A model generated the notes under the pieces. It searched no databases, had not been told where the DNA came from, and saw nothing but the letters and a program-made list of their open reading frames with translations. Positions 44,501 to 55,366 of a stretch of 64,000 nt of DNA are shown here, piece after piece; position 1 is the stretch's first letter, and the number at the start of each line of letters is the position of its first letter. The stretch comes from Pelagomonas calceolata (taxonomy: Eukaryota), in assembly GCA_918797485.1 (NCBI GenBank), contig CAKKNE010000004.1:4464001-4528000 (forward strand). Reading direction: 5' to 3'. The position numbers and the translations under genes were made by a program.

Positions 44501-45591
44501 GGCGGCTCCGTCGCGGCTGGCGGTGGCGCCGCCGGCGCGGCTGGCGCGTCCAGGTCGTCGAAGGCGTCGAAGGGGTCGGGTGTGGCGTCGCTGGGTTCTG
44601 CCGGCGCGGCGTCAAAGTCGCCGAAGTCCTCCGGTGCGTCGCTGTCCGCCCCTGGGGCCTGCTCGAACGCAGCGAAGCCCTCATCTTCCGCCGCCGCGGG
44701 CGCCGGCTCGGGCTCGGGCTCGGGCTCCGCCAGAGCTTCGAAGGCCGCGAACCCATCGCCAGCTTCCGTCGGCGCTGCAGGGGCGTCTGCTGGCGCCACC
44801 GGTGGTGCCTGCTCGAAGGCTGCGAAGCCTGAGTCGTCAGCTACCGGTGCCGCGGCCGCGTCATCTGCTGGGGGCGCCGGTGGTGCTTCCGAGAAAGCGG
44901 CGAAGCCTACGTCAGGTTCCGCTGGTGGCGCGGTGACGTCCGCCGGCGCAGCCAGAGGCGCCTCGTCGACGTCGAACGCCGCGAAGCCGGGATCTTCATC
45001 AGGCCCGGGCACCGGCTCGGGCTCCGGCTCCGGCTCCGCCAGTGCGTCGAAGGCCGCGAAGCGGTCCTCCGCCGCGGGCGCTGGCTCGGCGGGCGCGCCC
45101 GCGAAGGCGCCGAAGTCGGCAAAGCCCTCGTCCGGCGCGGCTGCACCGGCCGGCGCGGTGGGCGCCGCGTCATCGAAGGCTGCGAAGCCTTCGTCCGCGG
45201 CCGGCGCGGCGGCGGCGCCCGGCGCCGACTCGAAGGCGGCGAAATTGGCGCCGAAACCCGCGTCAAAGCTGCCGACGTCGCGGGCAGCGGTCTCAGGCGC
45301 GTCAAAGGCGCCGAAGCCGCCATCGCTGGCGCCGGTAGGCGCGCTCTCGAAGCTCGCCCACCCATCATCGGCCGGCGGCGGCACGGCCAGCGGCACGGCC
45401 GGCGGCGGCGCGGCGATCGCGTTAACGTCGAGCGCCGCCACCGGCACGGCGTCAAAATCCGAGAAGTCCTCACCGCCAGCCGGCGACAGCGGAGCAGCCG
45501 GCGCCGGTGGGAGTTTCATATCGCACGCCGCGCAGTTCGTAGCGTCGGCTGGATTAAATAGAGTGCAGCGCGGGCAGTTGCGCTCCCCCAT
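41593..45591 (-). CDS. Acidic low-complexity protein with N-terminal RanBP2/NZF zinc finger and many adaptor-ear-binding motifs (aftiphilin/synergin-like)
   Basis: CPRCTLFN..CAAC; dozens of DFGDF, GFAAF, DPWSAF, WGAF motifs; ends FDPFG. Confidence 0.75.
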   Translation of the reverse strand: MGERNCPRCTLFNPADATNCAACDMKLPPAPAAPLSPAGGEDFSDFDAVPVAALDVNAIAAPPPAVPLAVPPPADDGWASFESAPTGASDGGFGAFDAPETAARDVGSFDAGFGANFAAFESAPGAAAAPAADEGFAAFDDAAPTAPAGAAAPDEGFADFGAFAGAPAEPAPAAEDRFAAFDALAEPEPEPEPVPGPDEDPGFAAFDVDEAPLAAPADVTAPPAEPDVGFAAFSEAPPAPPADDAAAAPVADDSGFAAFEQAPPVAPADAPAAPTEAGDGFAAFEALAEPEPEPEPAPAAAEDEGFAAFEQAPGADSDAPEDFGDFDAAPAEPSDATPDPFDAFDDLDAPAAPAAPPPAATEPPPAESIPSPPPADTDPAVTPGAAAPKEDFKAYDVDTPARAPAEAAPTETPAADEWSAFADAPEEPPADAPAAEAEDFGDFDTAPADAPPPEPAPATSEDPWSAFDAIAPPDSAAPVESAPAAPTLDDAAADGDEGFATFDSAAAPTADNVDEGFGAFDAADGVADATEPAAEEAAAAAPATDNVEELAADGDDDDSFGDFATPAADAAPEPAAAPATTEDADDPWSAFDAIAPPAPAGDAPAVAAEADDLSFAAVAEAPLAAPADDAAAGADNVGFTAFAEAPTDGGELAAPVEDGVPDATEPAADESAAVPAALDADEGFGAFDAAEPAADATPDEPAAEPASTEAADDPWAAFDELAPPSGAAAAPVSEADAAATADGPDDTDSPAALTEADADAPAPTAADDGFAAFEEAPMAAEAAAADADDGGFEAFAEAPLTALADADAATTPAEADDPSFTAFEEAPAETDAAPSDPPPAVAEEDPWASFPEPVAADDAPAAAAPTADAFEAATDVPAGDAALAPEPTEGDAWAAFDGAAASAEDASPGAPSGDGSLQTSSFENVSAPGDATEAPPTAFAAFQEPTADGDAESPGTMEPAVDDDAPAASGDASRPPPPTAIVCKPCAPAATEADDGFTAFEAAPTDTPARADAPTPAADVDATITPNGGLATSPEPVEADTARKRFPKSAAKPAATEAVEEEDELGFGAFEDAVYGTPPDAGFAAFESAADGDADGFGAFDAAPDDNDASEGEDEGFAAFEAAEEAPADADDDDGFGDFATSTGDDDGWGAFEDAPTAPPAPTKQTLFAAAFGVAAAAVAPATPLEERLTALDAALSKGAAAPSATPINLALLHAPLEKAIAAARAAQAEEHDDGYGASPAVAEEVAPPAEEESAPLPQPDLARSDSATWDIFGALPTPNQSSGDLAAQGRGASPPPPPQEISQEDILAGLSAASPAPPVAPAAAVSFDPFG

Positions 45592-45782
45592 GGATGCGCA
45601 CCGGCTCTACGGCCTGCAAATTAGAGTTCAGCAGCGATTTCAGATGCGAGCCACAGCAGCGCCAGAGGTGAACGGAGATGGATGAATGCCAGCGACAGAG
45701 GTGTATAAATGACACCGGAGCATCCGACGCGCACGACGACGACACGACGTCGCGTTTGTCTGGCCGCAAAATAAATGGCCTG

Positions 45783-45802
45783 CTAGTGTCTTACACCGCT
45801 AG
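45783..45802 (+). promoter_or_regulatory. CTAG-N12-CTAG box
   Basis: CTAGTGTCTTACACCGCTAG, ~190 bp upstream of minus-strand ATG 45591 (opposite orientation). Confidence 0.55.
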
Positions 45803-45879
45803 TGCAGATCGGGTTTTCGCGTTTCTCGAACGGCCCGGCAGGGAGAATCAGCGAGACACAGAAGTCACACAAGAGTAAA

Positions 45880-48800
45880 TTAGCCGTACTTCGTCACGAC
45901 CTCCTGCCCCGACCCGCGGACCAATAATACGGCCCCTAGTCCATCGGTCATCGCGTCGACGTAGTCCACGAAGAAGGCCGGCGGCAAATGGGTCATGTAC
46001 GGTAAATTTGTGACGACCAACGCCGCGCCACTGGAATGCCGACGCATCTTCGCATTCAAAGCTTGGGCAAAGCCCCTCAAAGGCGTCAACCGGTTGTCGT
46101 CCGGTATTAACGGAGACTGGTGCTGCCGACCAGGACTGACTGGAGACGCCGGCGGCTTCGGTCGATGTGATGGCGTCGTCGTACGTCTCTCGAGCTGCTG
46201 GGCGTAGGTCGTCCTTCCCCTAAGTCCAAGCGTGTCCCGGTAGACGTGCGCTGCCGCCCAGACGAAGTCGAGACCGGCGATGGGATGGACTTCCGCGTCA
46301 ATCCTTAGATCAGCCAACATCCTTTCAATGAACCGCTGCCATCTATCCAACAACGTCTGCTCCTGCTCTAGAGCTCGTTCGTCCCCCGGTGTTGCTTGTG
46401 GTATAGCTGAAGCGCCACCATGGTCCGCGTTCCAGTGATGGGCGAACAGCCCCGTCATCACCGCGAACAACCTTAGTTGACACCCCGCGAAGACCTTAGA
46501 TCGCTTAAGTAAAAACGGTATCAATAACAGTAGTCCACCGTCCTGCACGACCCACCACACGTCTAGCGTCCGACCCTCGCCGAAGGGTCGTCCGGACTGT
46601 AGAGCTTGCCCGTCCTTCAGGACCATCAGGGCTTTTCTGAGAGCTGATAGATCTCTGAGAAACTGGATGAACCTTCTACGTCTTTTCTCGGAGTGTTCCT
46701 CGGCGTGGGGCCAGCCCAGTAAAACGGAGTTCGGCCGTAAGGCGCCGACGCCGCAGGACTGGGCCGTCGCTAATAGGGATTCTGTCACATCTCTAGAACC
46801 GGATCTATGAACAATAGCTCTAGGAAAGCCCTGGATCTGCTGCGCGTGTAAGTGTAACCTCAGAACTTCAGTAGCGGCCTCCGCCACCAACGCTCTTGGT
46901 TGATCTTGGGCGTCGATCAGGGCATGAGCCATCAGTAACCCCCTACCCTTCTTCAGCAAACCGGCCAAAGCCAACAGCTCGGGCTTGACGGGGTTGAAGC
47001 GGCCGTCGCACCGGCACAGCACCAAAATCTGCGGCCGCCAGTTCTTCGCGTGGTGAAACGTTGATCGCTCCGTCAGTGCCAGTAGTTGGTCTCGAGCCAC
47101 TTGGAACCGAAAGCCCGCTCCCGCGTCGCCCCAGTCCGTGCTGACGCGTCGTGATCGCACATAGAAGCCGACACCGGCGCCGAACGCCAACGCAACGAGA
47201 GAATACAGCCAGGATATCGCGAACATGAGTCCCAGACACAGTAAGCAGCCTAACAGCGCCGAGGACCAGTGGAAGCACCGCCACGTCGGTCGGAACCCAG
47301 GAGTCCCCAGAAACGCGACCGCGAAGCATGAGACATTGATCGTCGCGTACATGAGCAGGAAGAACATCGTGATTATTGGGGTTATGGCGTCCAGGTTCCC
47401 CGCGAGGCATGGGACGCTGGCCACGAACCACGTTAAGAGTAAGGCCGTGGGCCTCAACTCCGCGCTATTCTTCGGGGCGCTTGATCGGCCGACTTGCACC
47501 GACGCATTGCTGAGTTCGAAGAAGGACTTCCTTGAGGGTGATGAAACGGGCGAGGGCGTCTCATCTGGTGCTGAAGGTGCTCCACCGGCGGTCTCCAGGT
47601 CGGCCGGTGTCGACAACCTATTGCGAGATTGCACGCGTCGCGGCGAATCCGCAACAGGTGGCGGCGGCGGTTTATGTTCTTCTTCTTTGTGGGGCGCGAA
47701 CGGTTCTAAGAACGGTACCAAATTGTCTCCGGCTATCGCTGATAGTAATCTAGGTGCCCCCGTCAACGACTGCAACGCAGCCCCGAGCGACGACATAATT
47801 ATGCCCACTTTGACCACGACGGGGTGGGGCCAGGCCACGTCCGCCGTCACGTAGGGGTTATCTAGTAACGTTTCGTGCGAGAGCACGGAACCAAACACCC
47901 ACACTACTAACAAGTAGAGGGACGTCGTACATAGGATCGCGGATAAGGTCCCGATCGGTATACTACGACTGGGCTGCGCCAAGACACCCGAGCGATTGCA
48001 GCCGGCCATGATGCCCGTCACGGACGGATAGAAGAGCGCGATCAAGGACTGGAAGTCGGGTTTCGGTTGTGGGGGGTCCTGTGCGGTATCGACTCGGTCC
48101 GAAACGGCTCAAACTCGAAAACGAGACCACCCACGACGTCGTCTGACGGATACGAGTTCATGAAGATGGCGTGAAGGCACCGCGGGACGCCGCAACGCAC
48201 GTCCGTCTTCTCGAAGTCCGGCTTGACGTTGTCGCCGAAATCTCTATCACTCCACGATAACGCGCCTTTGTAGACGCCTCCCGCAAACAGGAAGATGCCC
48301 AGCAGTAGCAGGATGATTGAGAGTATGACAACCGACAAAAAGATGGGTGCCGCCCGGTTGACGTGTCTCACGCCGCCTCGCACAATTAATGCTAAAGCAA
48401 GCATCAACACCAGTGCCGAGATGGCCCAGTCCCACGACCCTTTGATATCAATGGTGTTGCTCACTACTGAAAAGCCCTCGAAGAGCATTTCGACGGCCCC
48501 GAGGACGTACATCGACGCGGCTATGGTCGTGCCCAGGTAGAATAAGATACCGACAGCGACACCTACCTCCGGTCCCAGATTTCGAGAAATCACGAAGTAG
48601 GGTCCTCCGGCTTCGACTCTGCCATTGGTGGCTATCGCAGATAAAGATAGAGCTGTGAGGAACGTAGAACAGGCACAAATGAGGACAATTCCAGACGTGC
48701 CGAAGGTGCCGGCCTGGCCCGTGATCCACGTCAATCGTAGGTATAAAATAATGCCCAGGATGTTCTGCAAGCAAGGTAGGAACACGCCTTTGAACGTTCC

Positions 48801-49241
48801 TAATTTTTGAGTATCTGTACTATCGGTGATAGAGACAGGCGTCGGCGGGAGGGGTGAGGCCGGTCGCCGTTGCGATGCTGATAACTCGGAATCCCGTTGC
48901 ACTTCAAACAAGTCGGTTCTCAGTCTTTCAATTAACGCGGCTCGGTCGCCCTCCGGTAATAATCGCGGCAGCCGACCTTCCTCCGCCCCCTCGATGATCG
49001 CTTCCACGTCGTCGTCCGGCGGCGCGATGTCATCACTCGAAAGTCTATTCCGTCGAGGACTCGGAAACGGGAACGCTCTACTTTTCCCCTTCGGCGACGG
49101 CGACGCCTCGAGATGCGCTAAGACGTCCGTCGTGTCCTCGTCCAACGAAGAATTGCGTCGTTGTATCGTTCGCTCGGTGTCGATCTCCAGGGGTGCCTTG
49201 GACTCCTCGCCCGGCGGAGGCGGCGGCGACGGCGGCATCAT
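45880..49241 (-). CDS. SLC12 cation-chloride cotransporter; intron 48079-48200
   Basis: KLGTFKGVFLPCLQNILGIILYLRL, GGPYFVISRNLGPE, PSVTGIMAG, KNWRPQ, DVWWVVQDGG, LLVRGSGQEVVT. Confidence 0.95.
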
Positions 49242-49770
49242 CGCTTTCCGGTGCCGGCGCGCTGCGGCAAGTTCTTCGGCGCGGTTTTTGAGCTTGAATC
49301 AGGCGTGCGCGGCACGCTGCGACGACAGATGCGCGCGTGCAGCAAAAAAATACAAATGTGGCCTCTACTGGTCTTGGCCAACCACTGCGAATCAGTGGTT
49401 GCGCGGCTCGGCAATTGTGTCCAGCAGTGCGTAGAGCACTGTGCTGTAGTCACGTCGGCCCGATGTGCAAATCGGCCCGCGTAGCGCGTGCTGAGCCTGG
49501 ACACCAAAAAATCGGCCAAATGCGCGGGTTTTCCCGCGATTTCGGCGAGGCGTCACCGAACGACGGCAAGGCGCCGCTTCTCAGCGATAGATGACGATCC
49601 GGGAAAATCGTGCGGGTCCAGCAAGCCAGAGAGCCCAGCGGCATTCATGGGCGCTGGATGCTGGAGAGGCAGCCTTGAGCCCCGAGCGGACCGGAGGGAA
49701 ACGCAGGAGAAAGCTATGCAACCGGTCTGACGAAAGCTAGACCGAAAGGCAGCCGTAAGACGACAGAGAG

Positions 49771-52700
49771 ATGATGCCGAGGGGCAGCATAATAGTCCTG
49801 CTGCTGCCCGCCCTCGCGGAGGAGAGCTGGCGCGAGGACCTAGGCCTCCACAAGACCGGTCAGGAGCAGCGCCGAGCGGCTCACTGGCTCGCGGACCTCG
49901 ATCAAGCGATTAATTTCGACCTGGACACGCTCCCGACGGACCACGCGCTCCGGCGGTCCCAGATTTCGGAAGAAGGCTGGGTCGCGACGCACGCCAAGTG
50001 GCTCACGCGCTCTCAATGCGCGTACCAGCGCGAAGGTTCTACACAATCCGGCGCCCATGTCGAAACGACGATGCGCGACGGGGCGAACCCCATGGCCGCG
50101 GTGCACACGACGGACGAGCTCAAGCTCACAAGGCACCGGGATGGCGGTGATTATGATGGAGACGGCGTGGAGGACGCCCTCGACGTCTCGATCCACCCAG
50201 TATGTATCGGAGAGGTCGACATTAGTAGCGGGGGGCCCTGCCCGGACGCGCTCTGTGTCTCAGCGGATGCGCCGTGGCCGATTGACGTGCCGAGTCCCTA
50301 CTACCGGAAAATGGCAGTGCCGCCCGTGCTCGCGTCTCACGGTATCGCCTGCAAAGCGACGAACCGACGCCTTACTGAAGAGAACCCCGTCACGGGTTAT
50401 GAGTACGACGTCGACGGCACGTTACTGATCCGCGGATTAGTAAGGGGTCCCGACGGCACGCCCGCAAAGCATGCACTAATAGAACTCTGGCACGCGGACC
50501 CGTTCGGACGAGCGCCCTTCGGCGGCCTCACGCCGCTGGCCGAGGCCCATGATGAGCGAGGCACGCTGCCGATGGACCGCTACTCGCTTGGTGGTGGAGG
50601 CTGCCACGTCGTCGTAAGAACGAATGCCGCGGGACGCTTCTCCATCACTACAACGGCGCCGGGTGCCTACGGCCCGCCGCAGCACTTCGAGATGTATATT
50701 TATGGTGCGGAGGGCTTCGCGCCGCTCTACACCAAGGTCTACCTGGGCGACGACCCCCACCTCAGAACGTTAGGCAAGGACAATGTCGCGTCCTTGCTGC
50801 GGGACCGGCGCGTCGTCACGCCGCAATTCTCCTTGAAGCCGACGGCGCAGCCATCGCAGTCGCCGACCCCCGACACGGCGGCGCCGACGGCCGAGTCGAA
50901 GGCGCCCACGTCAACGCCCACCATCGACACGGGCGTCGCCCGCCACGCCTTCGACTCGCAGAACGCTACTCTGGACGTCGACGTCGTCCTCCAGACGGCG
51001 CCCGCGTCGAGCAAGGATTTCGCGGGGACCTGGTCCGACGGTCTCGGATTGATTCGCGTCGCGAGCAACGGCGTCCGACTCCTCGCGTCGGAGTACCCGT
51101 CTCCTCGTAAATGGGGCGCGCTCGGGGCGACGCACACGACCGCCTATGCGTTGGGCGACGCGACGTTCCGCGTGTCGGGAGCGGTCACGGGCGAGCTCTT
51201 CAAGGGCGCTACCGATCTTATAAGGTGGAGTTCCGGCGACACCTGGCGCCGCTACGACGACGCGAGCGTGAGGCGGTACCGCTACCTCCGGATCTCGATC
51301 AACGAAACGTTCCGGCAAAGGGCGGGGCGCATCGTGGAGGTCGATGACATCGAGATTTATGGCGGCGTCGCCAATCACGAGGACAAGGTGCCGCCCGTCC
51401 CGCTCGAGGGCCGCGAGCTGCCGCGGCCGTTCCGGTGCTGGGCGACGACGAACACCGAGGACTGCTTCAAGGCCTTCGACAAACGGGAGAACGCGCCCTG
51501 GCGGTCCGCCGACGTGGGGGGCTGGGCCGGCGCGCTCGCGCAGACCCAGGTGCTCACGCTAGATGTGGGAGACGGCCACCAGCTCGCGCCGACCAAGCTG
51601 CGAGTGAAATGTGGCGTAAGCGCGCGGCAGGCATCCAGAAACGTCGGATCGTTCGACTGCCCGCGCTTCGTAGTCTTGGAGGGCGCGGTCGACGGCGAAG
51701 ATCCTCTGACTGGGAGGTATGAATTTATCGTGGCGCACCGCGTCCCGAACGAACCCGGCGCGCCGCCCGCGGCGTATGGCGGCAGCGGCCTTTTGATCGA
51801 CGTGGCCTCGACGGCGTGGCGGGGCCGGCCCGCGGGGGCGAGCTGCGGCTCGTGCGCGTCTCGGAGCGGCTGCGCGCGCAACGGGCCAGACCGGACTTGT
51901 GAAAGCGCGTACTGTGGCGCCGACGGGACGTGCGCCGCTTCTAAGCCGACCTGCGGCCTGGGTTCGGAAATGGTCAGCCGGTCGCCCGACGACTTCGGCT
52001 GTCAATTGTGCCAAGCGGGCCGGTTCTCGGCGACGGTCGACGGTAGCTGCGACGGCACGTGCGAGGCCGGGTTCTACTGCGCGCCCGGCGCGCGGTCGGC
52101 GCGGGACGCGCCCTGTCCGCGAAGCGGCGACGTCTTCTGTCCGCCCGGCTCGGAGCGGCCGCGGCCGGTCGCGGCGGGCTTCTACGCTCTCTACGACGGC
52201 GCGCTCCCGGTGGGCGAGGCCGCGTGCCCGCGGGGCAGCTACTGCGCGGCCGGGAAGAGGTTGCCTTGTCCGGCGGGGACGTACGGCAACGTGACCGCTC
52301 TCTCGACGGCCGGCTGTTCGGCCGCCTGTGGCGGCGCCGGCGAGTACTGTCCCGAGGGGAGTTTGGTGCCCTTGAAGTGTCCGCCGGGCTCGTTCTGCAC
52401 CGGCGGCGCCGCGCCCGCTAGCCCTTGTCCACCCGGCACCTACCAGTGCATAAGTCAAATTGTCGCGGCGCATCCGCTGACGCACGCGACTCACTGATTG
52501 ATTTGCGCACAGGCACTTACGGTCGGACGCGGGGCCTGGGCGACGCGCGCTGCAGCGGGCCGTGTCCGCCCGGGTCGTATTGTCCCGCGGGCTCTGTGTT
52601 ACCGATGGCTTGTCCTCCGGGAACCTACGGCGCATCTCAACGCTTAAAAGACGCGGCCTGCACGGCGCCCTGTCCCGAGGGCCGCTATTGTCCCGCGAAC

Positions 52701-53480
52701 AGCACTTCGCCCGTGCCGTGCGAAGGCATGATGGCGGCCTCGGAGGGCTTCGCCCGGAGGCCGTTCTGCCCGGCTGGCGTGGGAGCCCCGCAAGCGACAC
52801 GAGCAGGCTACTACGCTACTGGCGGCGTGGAAGGCGCGCGGTCGCGGGAGGCGCCGTGCGAGCCGGGCTACCGCTGCCACCTCGGCGTGCGGCATGCGTG
52901 CGCGCCGGGCACCCACGAACCTGCGACGGGCGTGGAGGCGACGCAGGTCGACGCGGCGCAGTGCAGGCCCTGCCCTCCCGGTCACTATTGTCCGCGGGCG
53001 ACGGGCGCCGCGCTTCCCTGTCCCGCTGGCACCTATGGCAACGTCATTGGCAACGAGACTGGACTCACCGACGCCGCGTGCTCGGGCCCGTGCTTCCGCG
53101 GCCACTACTGCCCGGAAGGCTCCGTGCTGCCCACTCCGTGTCCGGCTGGTACCTATGGCAACCAGACGGGGCTCACGACGGCGGCGTGCTCGGCGGCGTG
53201 TTTTCCAGACTCGACGGGGGAATGTAGCCCTTCTCAGTGCGAGGAGGGGTACTACTGTCCCCCCGGTTCGACGCATGGGAGAGAGCGTGAATGTGGCGAG
53301 GGCATGTACTGCCCGCGCGGGTCCGGCGCACCGATGACGCCCGACGAGGGCATGGTCGGCGTCGCGGGCGGCGGCGAGACGCGGCGCGCCGGGCAAGCGG
53401 ACTGCGAGGACTGCTGCCCCGACGGCGTGCCGGCGTGCCCGGCGCCGCGGCGGGAGCTGTATGCGTCGCACTACGCTTGA
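49771..53480 (+). CDS. Secreted protein: intradiol dioxygenase-like domain + discoidin/F5-8-like domain + GCC2/ephrin-like Cys-rich repeats; intron 52436-52512
   Basis: LLIRGLV..G.P..ALIELWHAD..G, RTNAAGRF.ITT..PGAY; RYRYLRISI; many CPxGxYC repeats. Confidence 0.75.
52436..52512 (+). mobile_element. Introner-like GC-AG intron
   Basis: GCACCTAC / GCACTTAC 7/8 TSD; ends CAGTGCATAAGTCAA...TTGATTTGCGCACAG; removal restores the frame. Confidence 0.85.
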
Positions 53481-53655
53481 GTCTTTGTGTAAAATGCTAG
53501 CGTAATGAAACACTCTAGCTGCCTCAAAGGCTGGGCCAGGTATGATACCGAGGTACGCTTGAGGGCAAATAGGCCTAATACCAGAGTTTTGAGTAGTGAA
53601 ACGACCCAGATATCGGCCTTGGTCGGCCTAAAAGCGAACGGCGCGACGGTGGAAA

Positions 53656-55290
53656 ATGCGACCAAATCGATTACTGCTCTTTCTATGTATCCGGCTCGCG
53701 CCGGCGGCGCCGGCGCGCGCGAGCGGTTTGAGGTCCTCGGAGGCGGCGCGCGCGAGCGCGCGGCCGGCCACAGCGCGCGCGGGCGAGTTCAGGCCCTCAG
53801 AGGCGGCGCGCGCGAGCGCGACAGCGCGCGGGAGCGCGCCGAGGCCCTCGCGCGCGCTGGCGGGCCACGACCACGATCACCCGGTGTGCGACGAAGAATA
53901 CCGCAGCACCGTGTGTCCCGTGGCGTGCGACGCCGATACTCTGAGAGACAAGTGCTGCATTCATGAAGGCGAGGTCGCCACATTGTTAACTGTGGCGATG
54001 GAGGCGCAGAGCCGCGCGATCACGCCGAGAGTAGAGCGTTTTGAAGAATGCACGGGCGGCCACGTCGAGCTCGTGCCCTTCGTGGGAGCTTGTACGGGGC
54101 TGTCGTGTGGCGGCTTCTCGGACTTGTTCGAGATCGGCGCCGCGGCGTTGAACGACGCGCGCGGCCCGAACATTTATGATGCGTACATGACCCAGGCGCC
54201 CGACGTGCCGTTGCTGGCGCCCTACGTCGAGGATTTATCTTCGTATATCCACGACACGCCGCAGATCGCCTGGACTGATGTTTTACGAGATGTCAGACGC
54301 ACACATAGTGTGAACGGTTCCCTGAAAGCCCTGCCGTTCGACTTCGATTTTCTGAACTTGTTGCTGAGGGACGATCTGGTAGCAAAGTACGAGGAGGAGA
54401 CCGGTAGGCGCGAGCCTAGGACGTTCGAAGATCTGGCGGACTTCGCGGAGTTCTGGTATGGCACGGACATCAACGCGGACGGCACGCCGGACTTCGGAAT
54501 TTGTTCGTTCAACGGCGCGGGGCCCGCGGAGGCCCTCGTCTCGCGCGGGAGCGTCGAGGACTTCTTCCCGCGGTATTTCGACTACGAGACCCGGAACGGG
54601 ACGATACGGAAGCCCCTGTTCGGCGATTTGCCCCGGGCGATCATGGCGCGCATCGACCGGGACCAGGGCCTGGCGTCGCCGGGCGTCGACCGGTTCTTCC
54701 TGCCGGCCGCGGACCCCCTGTCGTCCCAGCCGCACCACATGCAGCACCAGAGCCACCGGAGCATGCACCGGCGGCGCCGCCGCCGCGGGTCGCCGCCGAC
54801 GCCGCTGTCCTCAATATTGTCGCGGGGCCTGTCGTTTCGGTCGACGACGCGGTCCTCGTCGGCCCCGGCGTCCTCGACGCGGCGGTCGTCGACGCCGTCG
54901 TCCGCGCGGAGCTCGCTGAGCCTGCCCCCGGTGACGACGCAGCGGCCAAGTGATGGAGACGGCCTGCCCGAGCTCACGTCGCTGCAGCAGGACGTCGCGG
55001 GCAAGAAGCTCGTCATGGACGCGCTCGCGGCGAGCGACGGCACGCACGCCTTGGATGTGGAGGCGCCTCCCGTGTCTGAGACGGGGGCGCGGCCGCAGAT
55101 GAAGCGCCAGGGGTCCGTGAGCGTCGACGCGGCCTACCGCGCGATGCCCGCGCACCACACGCCCACGGAATTCGACGCCAAGGGGTCGTCGGGCCAGTCG
55201 GCGTGGGCGGGCATGATGCCGGACGCCGCCGCGGCGCCGCCCACTCCCCAAAACCGGGCGAGCGGGTGGCCGGGCTGGTCGAAGAAGTGA
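53656..55290 (+). CDS. Protein with partial extracellular solute-binding domain and unrelated low-complexity C-terminus
   Basis: Signal peptide; FEECTG, YDAY, DLSSYI..I.W.D, LPFDFD..L.RDDL, PRTFEDL, D.NADG.PDFG.C; similarity stops near 54520. Confidence 0.55.
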   Translation: MRPNRLLLFLCIRLAPAAPARASGLRSSEAARASARPATARAGEFRPSEAARASATARGSAPRPSRALAGHDHDHPVCDEEYRSTVCPVACDADTLRDKCCIHEGEVATLLTVAMEAQSRAITPRVERFEECTGGHVELVPFVGACTGLSCGGFSDLFEIGAAALNDARGPNIYDAYMTQAPDVPLLAPYVEDLSSYIHDTPQIAWTDVLRDVRRTHSVNGSLKALPFDFDFLNLLLRDDLVAKYEEETGRREPRTFEDLADFAEFWYGTDINADGTPDFGICSFNGAGPAEALVSRGSVEDFFPRYFDYETRNGTIRKPLFGDLPRAIMARIDRDQGLASPGVDRFFLPAADPLSSQPHHMQHQSHRSMHRRRRRRGSPPTPLSSILSRGLSFRSTTRSSSAPASSTRRSSTPSSARSSLSLPPVTTQRPSDGDGLPELTSLQQDVAGKKLVMDALAASDGTHALDVEAPPVSETGARPQMKRQGSVSVDAAYRAMPAHHTPTEFDAKGSSGQSAWAGMMPDAAAAPPTPQNRASGWPGWSKK

Positions 55291-55366
55291 CCTTGATACG
55301 TCCATCCCCTTTCTTTGGATCCTCCCCTATTCCCTGGATATAAGGAGCATTCGTCTCACAAAACAA

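Noticed and set aside
42425..45685. 1086-aa Ser/Ala/Gly ORF on the + strand
   Set aside because: Antisense shadow of the GC-rich low-complexity gene 41593-45591; no ATG context or domain
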